DNA of 64,000 nucleotides from Gemmatimonadota bacterium (GTDB taxonomy: Bacteria > Gemmatimonadota > Gemmatimonadetes > Palauibacterales > KS3-K002). The notes beneath the pieces are model-generated. The model saw only the letters and a program-made list of their open reading frames with translations, was not told the DNA's origin and ran no database searches. This document shows positions 36,640 to 50,439 of this stretch, piece by piece; within the stretch, counting starts at the first letter, position 1, and each line of letters starts with the position of its first letter. Both the position numbers and the translations under genes were made by a program. Where the stretch lies: positions 7,027 through 71,026 of the forward strand of contig JBDHAL010000001.1 of NCBI GenBank assembly GCA_039588075.1. The letters run 5' to 3'.

Positions 36640-36963
36640 TCATACTGGCGCGGCGGGATGGTGGATCGACGTTCCGTAGCAGACTGCTAGCTGATGACCG
36701 CGTCCACCACGATGAAGATGTGGCTCCTCATCAACTCGTCGTCCATGTATACCTCGACTTCCCAGCGTCCCACCGGCGCGAACGATCACGAAGATGTCGG
36801 TGATCCCGAGCGGCGCTCCGTCAACGATGTCGAGGGCGAGCTGGGACTCCTGCACGCGCGGGCCGACCAACGGCCCGACGACTATGCCTGAAACGTTGCT
36901 GTCCTCGCACGACGTGAGCGCGAGGACGCCGAGGCAGACGGCTGCCAAGATTCGAAGTCTCAT
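36640..36963 (-). CDS. small hypothetical lipoprotein
   Basis: Signal peptide with a lipobox (MRLRILAAVCLGVLALTSC). The remainder is low-complexity. Confidence 0.35.
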   Translation of the reverse strand: MRLRILAAVCLGVLALTSCEDSNVSGIVVGPLVGPRVQESQLALDIVDGAPLGITDIFVIVRAGGTLGSRGIHGRRVDEEPHLHRGGRGHQLAVCYGTSIHHPAAPV

Positions 36964-36975
36964 GTGACTCGAAGA

Positions 36976-37289
36976 TTAACCCGGTTCGGGCGTTCGCGAA
37001 AGACGCGGCGGTGGTGCGGGATGGGGCGGGGTCATCTCGCTCCAGGTCGCGCCGGACGGGCGGACGGGCGGGACGGGCAAACCGCGCTCCAACTTGCGCT
37101 CGACGACCCCCGCCCCATCCCTTGAGGCCGCGGTAATGACTGCAAGTTCGAACTTTGTTACCGCGAATAGGAGGGCGCAGCGGGGACCCTCGAGCGGATA
37201 TTTGGAGCGCCCCGGCCCGTCACGCGCTCCAGCCCGACCGGCGCGACATGGAGCGAGAGGGTCCCCGTTGTGCCCGACCGCCAACCGCG
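36976..37289. repeat. composite array of GC-rich modular hairpin repeats, just 3' of dnaE2
   Basis: Contains a GGGATGGGGCGGGG unit, its reverse complement CCCCCGCCCCATCCC, the hairpin gcggtaatgactgcaagttcgaactttgttaccgc and the unit GCGCGACATGGAGCGAGAGGGTCCCCG. Confidence 0.6.
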
Positions 37290-41096
<3,807 letters not shown>

Positions 41097-41180
41097 AAAA
41101 GCCCCACACTCGATGGGTGGGGAGCCAGGGCGGAGGGTTGCGCTTCAAAGGTGGGGGGAGTGGGTGTCCCTCCGCCCTGG

Positions 41181-41204
41181 GAAACCGAATATATACCGAA
41201 ATGC
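41181..41204 (-). promoter_or_regulatory. candidate promoter/operator of dnaE2 (ACCGAA-tatat-ACCGAA direct repeat with TATATA box)
   Basis: This is the only AT-rich stretch in the 160 bp between dnaE2 and MITE copy 2, and it lies 85-108 nt upstream of the start. Confidence 0.25.
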
Positions 41205-41254
41205 GCCTCCGCGCAAGGACTTTACCCCCGAGGGAAAACCGAAGACTTCAAAAG

Positions 41255-41435
41255 GCAATTTCGAACACCGCACACCGAACACCGCCTTTCGAAGGGCGCA
41301 CTTCAACCTCTAATCACCAAATGATGGATCGCCAATCCTTAAGACTTATGGGCATTTGGTCTTAGGGGGTTAGCGATTTGTCATTGCCGTGCCACCTTCG
41401 AAAGCCGGTGTTCGGTGTGCGGTGTTCGAAATTGC
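41255..41435. mobile_element. MITE copy 2 (181 bp), immediately upstream of dnaE2
   Basis: Terminal inverted repeats gcaatttcgaacaccgcacaccgaacaccgcctttcgaagg / ccttcgaaagccggtgttcggtgtgcggtgttcgaaattgc. Its interior is about 90% identical to copy 3. Confidence 0.7.
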
Positions 41436-41514
41436 AGTCCCCCAGGGCCAACCGCGGCCCACTCTATAGGACAAAGTACTTGACAACCCCAACCAAGAAC
41501 CATAGCATTCGACC

Positions 41515-42129
41515 ATGGAAAACGACGCCTCGCAATCTAAGACCTCTTCCGGCTCCCCCAACTCCCAGTCGCAAGCGATAGAAGATCTCCGCTACATCAG
41601 GGAGACGATGGCGCGGGCAAGCTCGTTCACGGCGGTGCCCGGCTGGGGCACGGTGGCGATCGGGGTGACGGCGGTGGGGGCGGCAGCGATCGCCCACGGC
41701 CAGGCGACACCCGAGGTGTGGCTGCTGACCTGGCTGGCGGAGGCGGTTCTCGCCGTCGCGATCGGTAGCGCCGCGATGGTCCGGAAGGCCCGAACGGTGG
41801 GGGCGCCGCTGTTCAGCGGCGCCGGGGCGCGCTTCGTGCTGGCCTTCCTCCCTCCCCTCGTAGCCGGCGCCGTACTGACGGCCGCGCTGCACTTGTCGAA
41901 CCGGTTCGACCTGATGCCGGGGACGTGGCTGTTGCTGTATGGGACCGGGATCACGACCGGCGGAGCATTTTCGGTGCGGGTCGTGCCAGTGATGGGTCTC
42001 TGCCTGATGGTGTTGGGGGTTGTGGCATTCGCGGCGCCGGCCGGGTGGGGCGACGCACTGCTGGCGATCGGGTTCGGCGGCCTGAGCATCGTCTTCGGGA
42101 CAGACATCGCCCGACGCTATGGCGGTTAA
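41515..42129 (+). CDS. hypothetical membrane protein
   Basis: Four to five predicted TM helices. It pairs with the downstream winged-helix regulator (overlap GTTAACGG). Confidence 0.55.
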   Translation: MENDASQSKTSSGSPNSQSQAIEDLRYIRETMARASSFTAVPGWGTVAIGVTAVGAAAIAHGQATPEVWLLTWLAEAVLAVAIGSAAMVRKARTVGAPLFSGAGARFVLAFLPPLVAGAVLTAALHLSNRFDLMPGTWLLLYGTGITTGGAFSVRVVPVMGLCLMVLGVVAFAAPAGWGDALLAIGFGGLSIVFGTDIARRYGG

Positions 42130-42427
42130 CGGACCAGCGGATCTCGATCGACTCATTCACCAGCGGGTTCGTCTAGGAATCATGAGCGCGCTGGCCGTGA
42201 ACGAGTCGCTGACCTTCAACGATCTGAAGGGGCTGCTCGAGATCACGGACGGGAACCTGAGCGTTCACGCGCGAAAACTGGAAGAGGCCGGTTACGTCCT
42301 GTGCAACAAGTCATTCGAGGGTCGCATGCCAAAGACGGAGTATCGGCTCAGCCGGAGCGGTCGCCGAGCGCTGGAGAGCTACCTGGATCGAATGGAAGAC
42401 CTGATCCGCCTGACACGCGGGGTATAA
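42119..42427 (+). CDS. winged-helix (HTH_34-like) transcriptional regulator
   Basis: HQRVRLGIMSALA...NDLKGLLEITDGNLSVHARKLEEAGYV. Confidence 0.7.
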   Translation: MAVNGPADLDRLIHQRVRLGIMSALAVNESLTFNDLKGLLEITDGNLSVHARKLEEAGYVLCNKSFEGRMPKTEYRLSRSGRRALESYLDRMEDLIRLTRGV

Positions 42428-42445
42428 GGAAAGTCGGTTAGTGAC

Positions 42446-43990
42446 ATGAACGGAGTATCGAAGCTCGTATTACAGATTTTGCCGATCGCGGTCGTGCTCG
42501 GGGTGCTTGGGGACTGGTTGTTGCGGGCCACTCCGTGGGGTTTGAACGTTCCGTTGTGGACGCTGGCGGTGTTGGCGAGCGCCGTTGTCTTGTCGATCAG
42601 GCATCGAATCGATGGCGCGCGCCACATCTTCTGGCTCGCCCTCCCTGTGCTCTTGTTCGCCATCGGATTCGCCTGGCGCGATTCGCCGGCGGTGCAGTTC
42701 TTCGACGCCTTCGCAGTGATGGTGGCCGTCTCGATCTGGAGTGGGAGCCGGGAGGGCAGTCGAATCCACAGTTGGGGAGTGCTGGACTGCTTGCGTGGGC
42801 TTCTGAACACGGGGGTCGCGGCCGTTGCAGGCGCCGCGCTGCTGCCGCACAAGGAAATCGTCTGGCCGGCGATGCCGGGTACTGCCAAATGGAAATACGC
42901 GCGGTCCGGCGCGCTGGGCCTGCTGATCGCTTTACCGCTCCTATTCGTGTTCGGCGGCCTGCTCATGGCGGCGGACGCCGTGTTCGACCAGATGGTGACC
43001 GACGTTCTCGACATCGATTTCGCCAGCATCTTCTCGCACTCGACGCTGACGGTCTTTTTCGCATGGACCGTCTGCGGTTTTCTCCTTCTGCTGTTCGGGA
43101 TCAGCAGACCCGCGGTCAGCGAATCTCAGCGAGTCGATAGGCCGGGCTTGGGGATCGTCGAAATCGCCGTTCCGCTCGCCCTGATCGACCTGCTTTTCGT
43201 CGCTTTCGTGATCGTGCAGCTGCGCTACCTGTTCGGCGACTCGTCGTTGGTGGAGACGACCACCGGGCTCACCTATTCGGAGTACGCGCGCCGCGGGTTC
43301 TTCGAGCTGGTGACCGTTGCGTTCCTCGCGCTTCCGCTCCTGCTTCTCGGCGACTGGGTGCTGGCCGAGGCGGACAGTCGCAGCCGACGCGTCTTCCAGG
43401 GCCTCGCGGGCGTGCTCCTGCTGTTGCTCGCGGTCATCGTGGCCTCGGCGATCCAGCGCATGCGTCTTTACCAGGTCGCCTACGGTCTCACGGAGCTCCG
43501 CCTTTACACCACCGCGTTCATGACCTGGATAGGAGCCGTACTGGCCTGGTTTGCCGTCACCGTACTGCGCGGCCATCGCCGGCCCTTCGCCGCGGGAGCC
43601 GCGATCGCCGGCTTCTGTGTCATAGCCGCCCTCAACGTCCTGAACCCCGACGCTCTCATCGCGAAGGTGAACACCGACCGGGCCCGGGCGGGCGAGGAGT
43701 TCGACGTGTACTACGCGACGCGACTGAGCGCGGATGCCGTGCCCACGCTCCTGTCCGCTCTTCCGACGCTCGACCTCGAGGATCGATGCGTAGCTGCGGC
43801 CCGCCTGCTGGAGCGTTGGACGCCGCCGGAAGACAAGGACTGGCGGACCTGGAACCGGGGGCGGTTGACGGCCTGGCGAGTTGTCGACGATGCATCGGCG
43901 CGGCTCAGCGCGCTGGCATGTGAGGTCCCCGTGCCGACCGACGACCACCTTCCTGGCACGAGCCCGGCGGACACAGCGCAAGAGCCATAG
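42446..43990 (+). CDS. DUF4173-like polytopic membrane protein
   Basis: About 12 TM helices. Commonly found next to HTH_34-type regulators. Confidence 0.6.
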   Translation: MNGVSKLVLQILPIAVVLGVLGDWLLRATPWGLNVPLWTLAVLASAVVLSIRHRIDGARHIFWLALPVLLFAIGFAWRDSPAVQFFDAFAVMVAVSIWSGSREGSRIHSWGVLDCLRGLLNTGVAAVAGAALLPHKEIVWPAMPGTAKWKYARSGALGLLIALPLLFVFGGLLMAADAVFDQMVTDVLDIDFASIFSHSTLTVFFAWTVCGFLLLLFGISRPAVSESQRVDRPGLGIVEIAVPLALIDLLFVAFVIVQLRYLFGDSSLVETTTGLTYSEYARRGFFELVTVAFLALPLLLLGDWVLAEADSRSRRVFQGLAGVLLLLLAVIVASAIQRMRLYQVAYGLTELRLYTTAFMTWIGAVLAWFAVTVLRGHRRPFAAGAAIAGFCVIAALNVLNPDALIAKVNTDRARAGEEFDVYYATRLSADAVPTLLSALPTLDLEDRCVAAARLLERWTPPEDKDWRTWNRGRLTAWRVVDDASARLSALACEVPVPTDDHLPGTSPADTAQEP

Positions 43991-44069
43991 CGGGGCCTCG
44001 TCCCGCGTCCAGCGGATGATTATGTTCCCCGGCCAGGCCCAATCTTATCCTTCTTAGGCTGGTGAGCAT

Positions 44070-45260
44070 GTGACAACCCGGTGGATTCGGCTACCGCTGG
44101 CAGCGATGTTGATGCTGGCCGGCTGCCGCAGCGAGAGTGTAGACCAGGCCATATTGGCGCGCGATAGCGCCGGCGTCCAAATCGTCGAGAACACCGCTAC
44201 GGCCGAAATGGATCTGGCCGAATGGCGACTATCTGATTCGACGCAGCTCGAGATCGGCAACACCCAGCTCTCGCGCGCGGCAACTCCGCTTCGCCTCTCC
44301 GACGGACGCGTCGTCGTTGCCAATGCCGGCACCAACGAGCTTCACTTTTACGATGAGTCGGGCAGGCTCATCCGGACCGTAGGCCAGGCGGGCAGCGAGC
44401 CGGGTGATTTCGGAGCTTTGATGTGGGTGGCGCGGCTGGCCGCCGACTCTCTCGTCGCCTGGGACTCCGGAAACAGGCGCTTCCACTTCTTCGACGACCA
44501 GGGGAACTTCGCTCGATCTTTCGATCTCGTCGAGTGGGAGGACATCTCCTTCCCCTTGCCCATCGGCTTCTTCGACGACGGCACGCTCCTCGCCTACGGC
44601 AGCGTCCTCTTCGGACCCGGCGCCCAGGGCGGCCTCCATCGTGACTCCTTCCCCACCTTCGTCTTCGACGAGCACGGCGAACCCCTCGCTGGACTGGGGC
44701 CCTATATCGGCGACGAAATCTTTTTCCTCATGCGCGGCAGCCAGACCCGCTACGCCGATGTCATCCCCTTCGGACGCGTATCCCAGTGGGCGGTTCGCGG
44801 CGACCGATACTATTTCGGCACCTCCGATCGCTACGAGATCGGCGCCTACTCCAGGCGTGGCAGACTGGTGAGGCTGATTCGACGACAATACGACAGGCCC
44901 CCGGTCGCACCCGAAGACATCAGCATGTACCGACGCGCCCGCATGGCGCGAACCTCCGACCCGTACTGGCGCGAGGTGATCGCCCAATGGCTGGTCGCAT
45001 CTCCCTACGCCCAGACCATGCCCGCCTACGGGCCTTTCATGGTGGACGCCGATGGCAACCTGTGGGTCAGAGATTACCTGACTCGGGATGACGGAACGGC
45101 AGAATGGACGGTCTTCGACCCCGAGGGCCGGATCACCGCAACCGCGGAAACACCCCCCGGTCTCCTGTCCCTCGATGTCGGCTCCGACTACGTCCTTGGG
45201 ATCTGGCAAGACCAGATGGGCGCCCAGTCAATCCGCCTCTACGGCCTTCTAAAGGAGTAG
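44070..45260 (+). CDS. hypothetical lipoprotein, probable 6-bladed beta-propeller (NHL/TolB-like)
   Basis: Lipobox (MLMLAGC). Repeated GxxxxYxFDxxG-like blades. Confidence 0.6.
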   Translation: MTTRWIRLPLAAMLMLAGCRSESVDQAILARDSAGVQIVENTATAEMDLAEWRLSDSTQLEIGNTQLSRAATPLRLSDGRVVVANAGTNELHFYDESGRLIRTVGQAGSEPGDFGALMWVARLAADSLVAWDSGNRRFHFFDDQGNFARSFDLVEWEDISFPLPIGFFDDGTLLAYGSVLFGPGAQGGLHRDSFPTFVFDEHGEPLAGLGPYIGDEIFFLMRGSQTRYADVIPFGRVSQWAVRGDRYYFGTSDRYEIGAYSRRGRLVRLIRRQYDRPPVAPEDISMYRRARMARTSDPYWREVIAQWLVASPYAQTMPAYGPFMVDADGNLWVRDYLTRDDGTAEWTVFDPEGRITATAETPPGLLSLDVGSDYVLGIWQDQMGAQSIRLYGLLKE

Positions 45261-45266
45261 CGAATA

Positions 45267-45300
45267 GCCGCGCCGCAAGCGCGGAGTCATCTTTACATAG
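45267..45300 (+). terminator. candidate intrinsic terminator after the lipoprotein gene
   Basis: Stem CCGCGC, loop cgcaa, stem GCGCGG, followed by agtcatcttt. Confidence 0.3.
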
Positions 45301-45427
45301 TAAAGTTCACTCGGCCTGGGCCACCCGACCCCGGTGAGGCCCGGGTTGAACCGCTCCGCGCCTGATCCTAGTCTTATGTGGGTGGAGCGTGAGATTCTCC
45401 TTAGGTGAGATTCTCCTTAGTATTACT

Positions 45428-45606
45428 GCAATTTCGAACACCGCACACCGAACACCGCCTTGAGAAGGGGGCACTTCAACTTCTAACCGTCAAATGACAA
45501 ATCGCCAATCGTTAAGACTTATGGCATTTGGCCTTAGGGCTTAGCGATTTGTCATTGCCGTGCCACCTTCGACAGGCGGTGTTCGGTGTGCGGTGTTCGA
45601 AATTGC
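45428..45606. mobile_element. MITE copy 3 (179 bp), immediately upstream of the SDR gene
   Basis: Same terminal inverted repeats and interior as copy 2. It is preceded by the direct repeat gagattctccttag, present twice. Confidence 0.7.
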
Positions 45607-45658
45607 AGTAGAAGCAAGAGTACGAGTAAATAAACGCGGAAGATCTGGAGGTAGCCGG

Positions 45659-46450
45659 ATGGAGCTGGGGATAGAAGGCAAGGTAGCGGCGGTCGGTGGG
45701 GCGAGTACCGGGCTGGGAAAGGCGATCGCCTGGGCGTTGGCTCGTGAGGGCGCGCGGGTAGCGATCTGCGCGCGCGAGCGAGAGCAACTGGAGCACACAG
45801 CAACCGCGATCAACCGGGCCTCGGGCCGTGAGATCCTCGCGCACCCCTGCGACCTGGCGACGGCGGATGGCCCGACGGGCTTCGTCGAGGCGACGGCGAA
45901 ACGCTTCGGCAAGCTGGATATCCTGGTCACCAACGCCGGGGGGCCGCCGGCCACGATCAGCTCGAAGACGCCGGCGGAAGCCTGGGCTGAGGCGCTGGAG
46001 TTGAACCTGCTAAGCACGATCCGCCTCGCCCAAGCGGCGATCCCCTACATGCGCCGCAACAGCTGGGGGAGAATCGTCTGCATCACCTCGATCTCGGTGA
46101 AGTCTCCGCTCACCGGAATGGTCCTCTCGAACACGGTGCGGCCCGGCGTGGTGGGCTACGCCAAGACGGTGTCCCAAGAGTTCGCCCAGGACGGGATCAC
46201 GGTCAACGTCATCTGCCCCGGCTACATGGCCACGGACCGGGTCAACGAGCTGGGCGAGACGCGCGCCGCCCAGTCGGGCCAGAGCGTGGAAGAGGTGATG
46301 GAAGGACTGGTGGCCAACATACCGATGGGCCGTATGGGCGACCCAAAGGAATTGGGTGACCTGGTCGCTTTCCTCGCCTCGGAACGCGCCGCCTACATCA
46401 CCGGAACGACGATCCAGATCGACGGTGGTTACGTCAGAGCGCTGATGTAA
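45659..46450 (+). CDS. SDR-family oxidoreductase (3-oxoacyl-ACP reductase-like)
   Basis: Cofactor motif TGLGKAI; NAG and YxxxK catalytic motifs. RBS GGAGGTAG. Confidence 0.85.
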   Translation: MELGIEGKVAAVGGASTGLGKAIAWALAREGARVAICAREREQLEHTATAINRASGREILAHPCDLATADGPTGFVEATAKRFGKLDILVTNAGGPPATISSKTPAEAWAEALELNLLSTIRLAQAAIPYMRRNSWGRIVCITSISVKSPLTGMVLSNTVRPGVVGYAKTVSQEFAQDGITVNVICPGYMATDRVNELGETRAAQSGQSVEEVMEGLVANIPMGRMGDPKELGDLVAFLASERAAYITGTTIQIDGGYVRALM

Positions 46451-46656
46451 GCCGGGCCGGTTGCGATCGGTCGCTCCGCAGCGGGCCTGAAACCTCGTTT
46501 ACAGCCATTCGTAGTGTGCTCTAGACACAGCAAGCAACGTTGGCCCCAACGGCATTGTCATACTGGGAGGGGGCCGGATGCAGGCTGGGCCTGGGGTGGC
46601 GGGCACCCTCTCTCTCCTTGTGGTTACAAAAGGACCGATCTAAACGGAGCAGTAGC

Positions 46657-47748
46657 ATGAGACGACGGACCAAAGTGGCCCTCGGCATCGTCACCGTTGC
46701 CGTTGTCGGCGTTGGCGTCGTAGCGGCGGTGAAGAACGGCAACTCCGACGACGAAGGGCTCCGCACCGTAGAGGTCGAGCGCGGCGAGATCGTCGACAAG
46801 GCGCTCGCCGTCGGCCGCGTCGAACCCGAGGTCGAGATCAGCGTCAAGTCCAAGATCTCCGGAGTCGTGAGCAGAGAGTTCGCCGAAGTTGGCGCCTTCG
46901 TGCGCGCCGGCGCCCCGCTCCTCGAGATCAAGCCGACGCCCACACCTCTCGAGCTCGTCGAGACTCGCCGCCAGCTCGAGCTGCGCCAGCTCCAGCTCGA
47001 GAACCAGCGCAAGGAGCTCAACCGCCAGCACAGTCTGATGGACCAGGGACTCATCCCTCAGGATCGGTACGAGGCCACCGAGCGGGCCTTCGCCGAGGCC
47101 GAGCTCAACGTCAGGCTGGCGCAAGAGCGGCTGGCCCTTCTGGAAGACGGTAAGGTCACTATCGCCGACCAGGACATCGAGGCCGTGGTCAAGTCGCCCA
47201 TCGACGGCTTCATCCTGGAGAAGAACGTCGAGATCGGCGACCCGGTCACCCCCCTCAACCCCTATCAAGAGGGGACGGTGCTCATGACCATGGCGGAGAT
47301 GAGCTCGCTCATCTTCCGCGGCACCGTCGACGAGATCGATGTGGGCCGGCTGAGCGAGGGCATGCCGGTCGAGATCAAAGTCGGCGCTTTGCCCAACGCA
47401 AACGTCACGGGCGTACTCACCAAGATCTCGCTCAAGGCGCGCACCGAGGACAACTCCACCGTCTTCCCCATCGAGATCGACCTGGCAGAGTCCGATGTCG
47501 TGCTGCGCGCCGGCTATTCCGCCAACGCAGACGTGATCATCGACAGGCGCGAAGACGTAATCATGATTCCCGAGCGGCTCGTCACTTTCTCCGGTGACAC
47601 GGCGAAGGTCACCGTGCTGCTCGACGACGGCACGCAGGAAGAACGCATTATCGAGACCGGCCTCAGCGACGCCATCAACATCGAGATCATCTCCGGCCTC
47701 GAGGTCGGCGAGAAAGTCGTCGAGGAACCACCTAGGGAAATCGAGTAA
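46657..47748 (+). CDS. HlyD/MacA-type efflux membrane fusion protein
   Basis: N-terminal TM anchor, then coiled-coil, then beta-barrel adaptor. RBS AAACGGAG. Confidence 0.8.
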   Translation: MRRRTKVALGIVTVAVVGVGVVAAVKNGNSDDEGLRTVEVERGEIVDKALAVGRVEPEVEISVKSKISGVVSREFAEVGAFVRAGAPLLEIKPTPTPLELVETRRQLELRQLQLENQRKELNRQHSLMDQGLIPQDRYEATERAFAEAELNVRLAQERLALLEDGKVTIADQDIEAVVKSPIDGFILEKNVEIGDPVTPLNPYQEGTVLMTMAEMSSLIFRGTVDEIDVGRLSEGMPVEIKVGALPNANVTGVLTKISLKARTEDNSTVFPIEIDLAESDVVLRAGYSANADVIIDRREDVIMIPERLVTFSGDTAKVTVLLDDGTQEERIIETGLSDAINIEIISGLEVGEKVVEEPPREIE

Positions 47749-47803
47749 CCGGTGACCGATTACTTGCCGACTGCAGAACCAACGCCGAACGGAACAACGA
47801 GCC

Positions 47804-49033
47804 TTGCGAGTACTCGGAAGCTTTAAAGACTTCTTCAGCGACATCCGGACCCAGCGGCTGCGGACGGTCCTAACCATCATGGGCATCACCTGGGGTACCG
47901 TCGCCGTCGTGGTGTTGCTCGCCTTCGGGGTCGGTATGGAGAAGCAGACACGCAAGCGCATGCACGGCCTCGGCGAGCGGATCGTGATTCTGTTCGGCAA
48001 TCGCACGACGAAGACGTTCGCCGGGTTTCCGGAGGGCCGCTACATCCGCTTTCAGGAGGAAGACGTCCACCTGCTGCAGCGCGAGATCCCCGATATCGTG
48101 GAGATCAGCCCGGAGTTCAGCACGCGGCGCGTTCCGGCGCGCCGTGGCAGGAACAGCGCATTCCCACTCATCACCGGCGTCTACCCGGTCTATGCCGGCA
48201 TGCGCAACGTGATCGCTGATTGGGGTGGCCGTTTCATCACCCAGACCGACCTCGACGAGCGACGGCGGGTCGCGTTCCTGGGTAACGAGCTCGAGCAGTT
48301 GCTGTTCGAGGACGAGGACGCGATTGGCAAGACGGTGTTCATAGGCGATGTCCCGTTCACGGTGATCGGCGTATTGAAGGAGAAACAGCAGAACTCGTCG
48401 TACAACTCACGGGACCGCGACCGTGTGTTCATCCCGTCCACCACTTACCAAGCGATTTTCGGTGACCGGTATATAAACAACATCGTTTATCGGACCAGCA
48501 GGCCAGAAGTCGTGGCAGCGGTGGAACGCAGCGTCAACGAGGTCCTCGGGCGCAAGTATCGCTTCGACCCCACCGACGAGGACGCTATCTGGGAGTGGGA
48601 TACCAGCGAGTTCGAAACGATCCTAAAGGCGATATTCCTCGGCATGAACATCTTCCTCGGTGTCGTCGGTGCCTTCACGCTCACCGTCGGCGGCATAGGC
48701 GTCGCCAATATCATGTACATCGTCGTGAAAGAGCGGACCCGCGAGATCGGCATCCGTCGCTCGATCGGCGCCCGCAAGCAAGACATCATGCTGCAATTCC
48801 TCGGTCAGACCTTCGTGGTCGTCGGCTCCGGAGCCGCCCTGGGATTCCTCGTCTCGTTCGGCCTGGTCAAGATCGGACAGTGGATGCCGCTCAAGGAGTT
48901 CATCGGCGTCCCCACGATCTCACCGGTCGTCGCCATCTCGACGGTCACCCTGTTGACGGCCGTCGCGCTACTCGCCGGGTATTTCCCCGCTCGCCGAGCA
49001 GCGAACCTGGACCCGGTGGAGTGCTTGAGGTAA
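47804..49033 (+). CDS. ABC transporter permease, FtsX/MacB-type (no ATPase domain)
   Basis: MacB-type periplasmic domain plus a C-terminal FtsX 4-TM bundle (EIGIRRSIGARKQDIM). Confidence 0.85.
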   Translation: MRVLGSFKDFFSDIRTQRLRTVLTIMGITWGTVAVVVLLAFGVGMEKQTRKRMHGLGERIVILFGNRTTKTFAGFPEGRYIRFQEEDVHLLQREIPDIVEISPEFSTRRVPARRGRNSAFPLITGVYPVYAGMRNVIADWGGRFITQTDLDERRRVAFLGNELEQLLFEDEDAIGKTVFIGDVPFTVIGVLKEKQQNSSYNSRDRDRVFIPSTTYQAIFGDRYINNIVYRTSRPEVVAAVERSVNEVLGRKYRFDPTDEDAIWEWDTSEFETILKAIFLGMNIFLGVVGAFTLTVGGIGVANIMYIVVKERTREIGIRRSIGARKQDIMLQFLGQTFVVVGSGAALGFLVSFGLVKIGQWMPLKEFIGVPTISPVVAISTVTLLTAVALLAGYFPARRAANLDPVECLR

Positions 49034-49085
49034 AGAGGGAAGTCCGAACCGAAGTCTTAGTAGAACGAATACTTGGGCAAGAGAC

Positions 49086-50330
49086 ATGTGGAGAATCCTG
49101 CTCGGCGAGTTCATAGGTGATCTAAAGGAGCAGAAGACGCGGGTTCTGCTCACCATGTTCGCCATCACGTGGGGCACGATCGCGGTGGTGTTGCTGCTAG
49201 CGTTAGGCGAAGGGCTACGCCAGTCCATCGTCAGAGGATTGCTGAACGCCGGCGAGCGCATCTTTATGGTTTATGGCGGCACGACAAGCCAGGAGTTCGA
49301 GGGGCTGCCTAAGGGCCGGCGCATCCGTCTCAGCGAAGAGGACCTCGATCTCATCCAGCGCTCGATAGAGGAGATCGACGTGGTAAGCCCGTCCTACGGG
49401 CGCTGGGGCGTCACACTCGAATACGGCGATAACAAGACGACCACTTACATGGAAGGGGTATGGCCGACGTTCGAGGGAATGCGCCGCATGTTCCCGCAGC
49501 TGGGCAGCCGCTTCCTCAACGAGCGCGATATCGATGAACGACGTCGGGTGTTGTTCTTGGGAAACGAGATCGCCGAGGAACTGTTCGGCAGCGAGGACCC
49601 GATCGGCAAGACGGTGATGCTCGATGACTTGCCCTACACCGTCATCGGCGTCATGCAGAAGAAGTTCCAGGACAGCATGAACAACGGGCCCGACTCGCGT
49701 CGGGCGATCATCCCGGCCTCCACGTTCAGGACCGTGTACGGCCGCCGCCATGTATCCCACCTGTTACTGAGGCCTCGCGACCCGGGCCGAGCGGAGTTCG
49801 TCAAGGCCGAACTGTTCCGGGTGATGGGCGCCCGATACAAGTTCGATCCGGAAGACGAGCGCGCGCTTCCCATGTGGGACTTCATCGAGGACGAGAAGCT
49901 GTCGAACCAGATCGGACTGGGCATCGAGATCTTCCTCGGCCTGGTCGGCGTGCTGACGCTTCTCGTCGCCGGCGTCGGGGTCGCCAACATCATGTATGTC
50001 GTGGTGAAGGAGCGCACCAAGGAGATCGGGATCAAGCTCTCGATCGGCGCCAAGAAGCATCACATCATGTGGCAATTCATCTTCGAATCGCTGGCCCTCA
50101 CCCTGCTAGGCGGCGGCTTTGGGCTCGCCTTTTCGGCGACCGTCGTTTGGCTGGTCGACAGCCTGCCCGCCGACGACGGCGCGATGGTCTACCTGGCCAA
50201 CCCCAAGCTCTCCTGGCCCATCGCCCTTACATGCGCCGGCGTGCTCGTCATCATTGGGCTCACCGCCGGAGTGCTTCCGGCGCGCCGTGCGGCCAAGGTC
50301 GATCCCGTCGAATCACTGCGCTACGAGTAA
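49086..50330 (+). CDS. ABC transporter permease, FtsX/MacB-type, paralog of the upstream gene
   Basis: Same architecture (EIGIKLSIGAKKHHIM). Confidence 0.85.
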   Translation: MWRILLGEFIGDLKEQKTRVLLTMFAITWGTIAVVLLLALGEGLRQSIVRGLLNAGERIFMVYGGTTSQEFEGLPKGRRIRLSEEDLDLIQRSIEEIDVVSPSYGRWGVTLEYGDNKTTTYMEGVWPTFEGMRRMFPQLGSRFLNERDIDERRRVLFLGNEIAEELFGSEDPIGKTVMLDDLPYTVIGVMQKKFQDSMNNGPDSRRAIIPASTFRTVYGRRHVSHLLLRPRDPGRAEFVKAELFRVMGARYKFDPEDERALPMWDFIEDEKLSNQIGLGIEIFLGLVGVLTLLVAGVGVANIMYVVVKERTKEIGIKLSIGAKKHHIMWQFIFESLALTLLGGGFGLAFSATVVWLVDSLPADDGAMVYLANPKLSWPIALTCAGVLVIIGLTAGVLPARRAAKVDPVESLRYE

Positions 50331-50439
50331 GAGTAGAAAGGGCTCCCAACCCTGTTCGAAGCTGCGTGATCTCATCTTGTAGAAGCCATAAAACCCGTCG
50401 GTAGGCGGGTCCGGGAGAACAAGGCTTCGGGAGGCGCTT

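Noticed and set aside
36976-37284. ORFs translated from the GC-rich repeat array (36976-37284 minus, also 40672-41148 minus and 39037-39513 minus)
   Set aside because: These are translations of repeat units (SRSMSRRTG etc.) and not independent genes.
41097-41254. LexA (CTGT-N8-ACAG, or Cheo-box CGAACRNRYGTTYC) site upstream of dnaE2
   Set aside because: No full palindromic match. Only ACCGAA direct repeats are present, so this is reported as a low-confidence candidate.
46624-48006. 460-aa minus-strand ORF antisense to the macA-like and permease genes
   Set aside because: No motif content. It overlaps two well-supported plus-strand genes.
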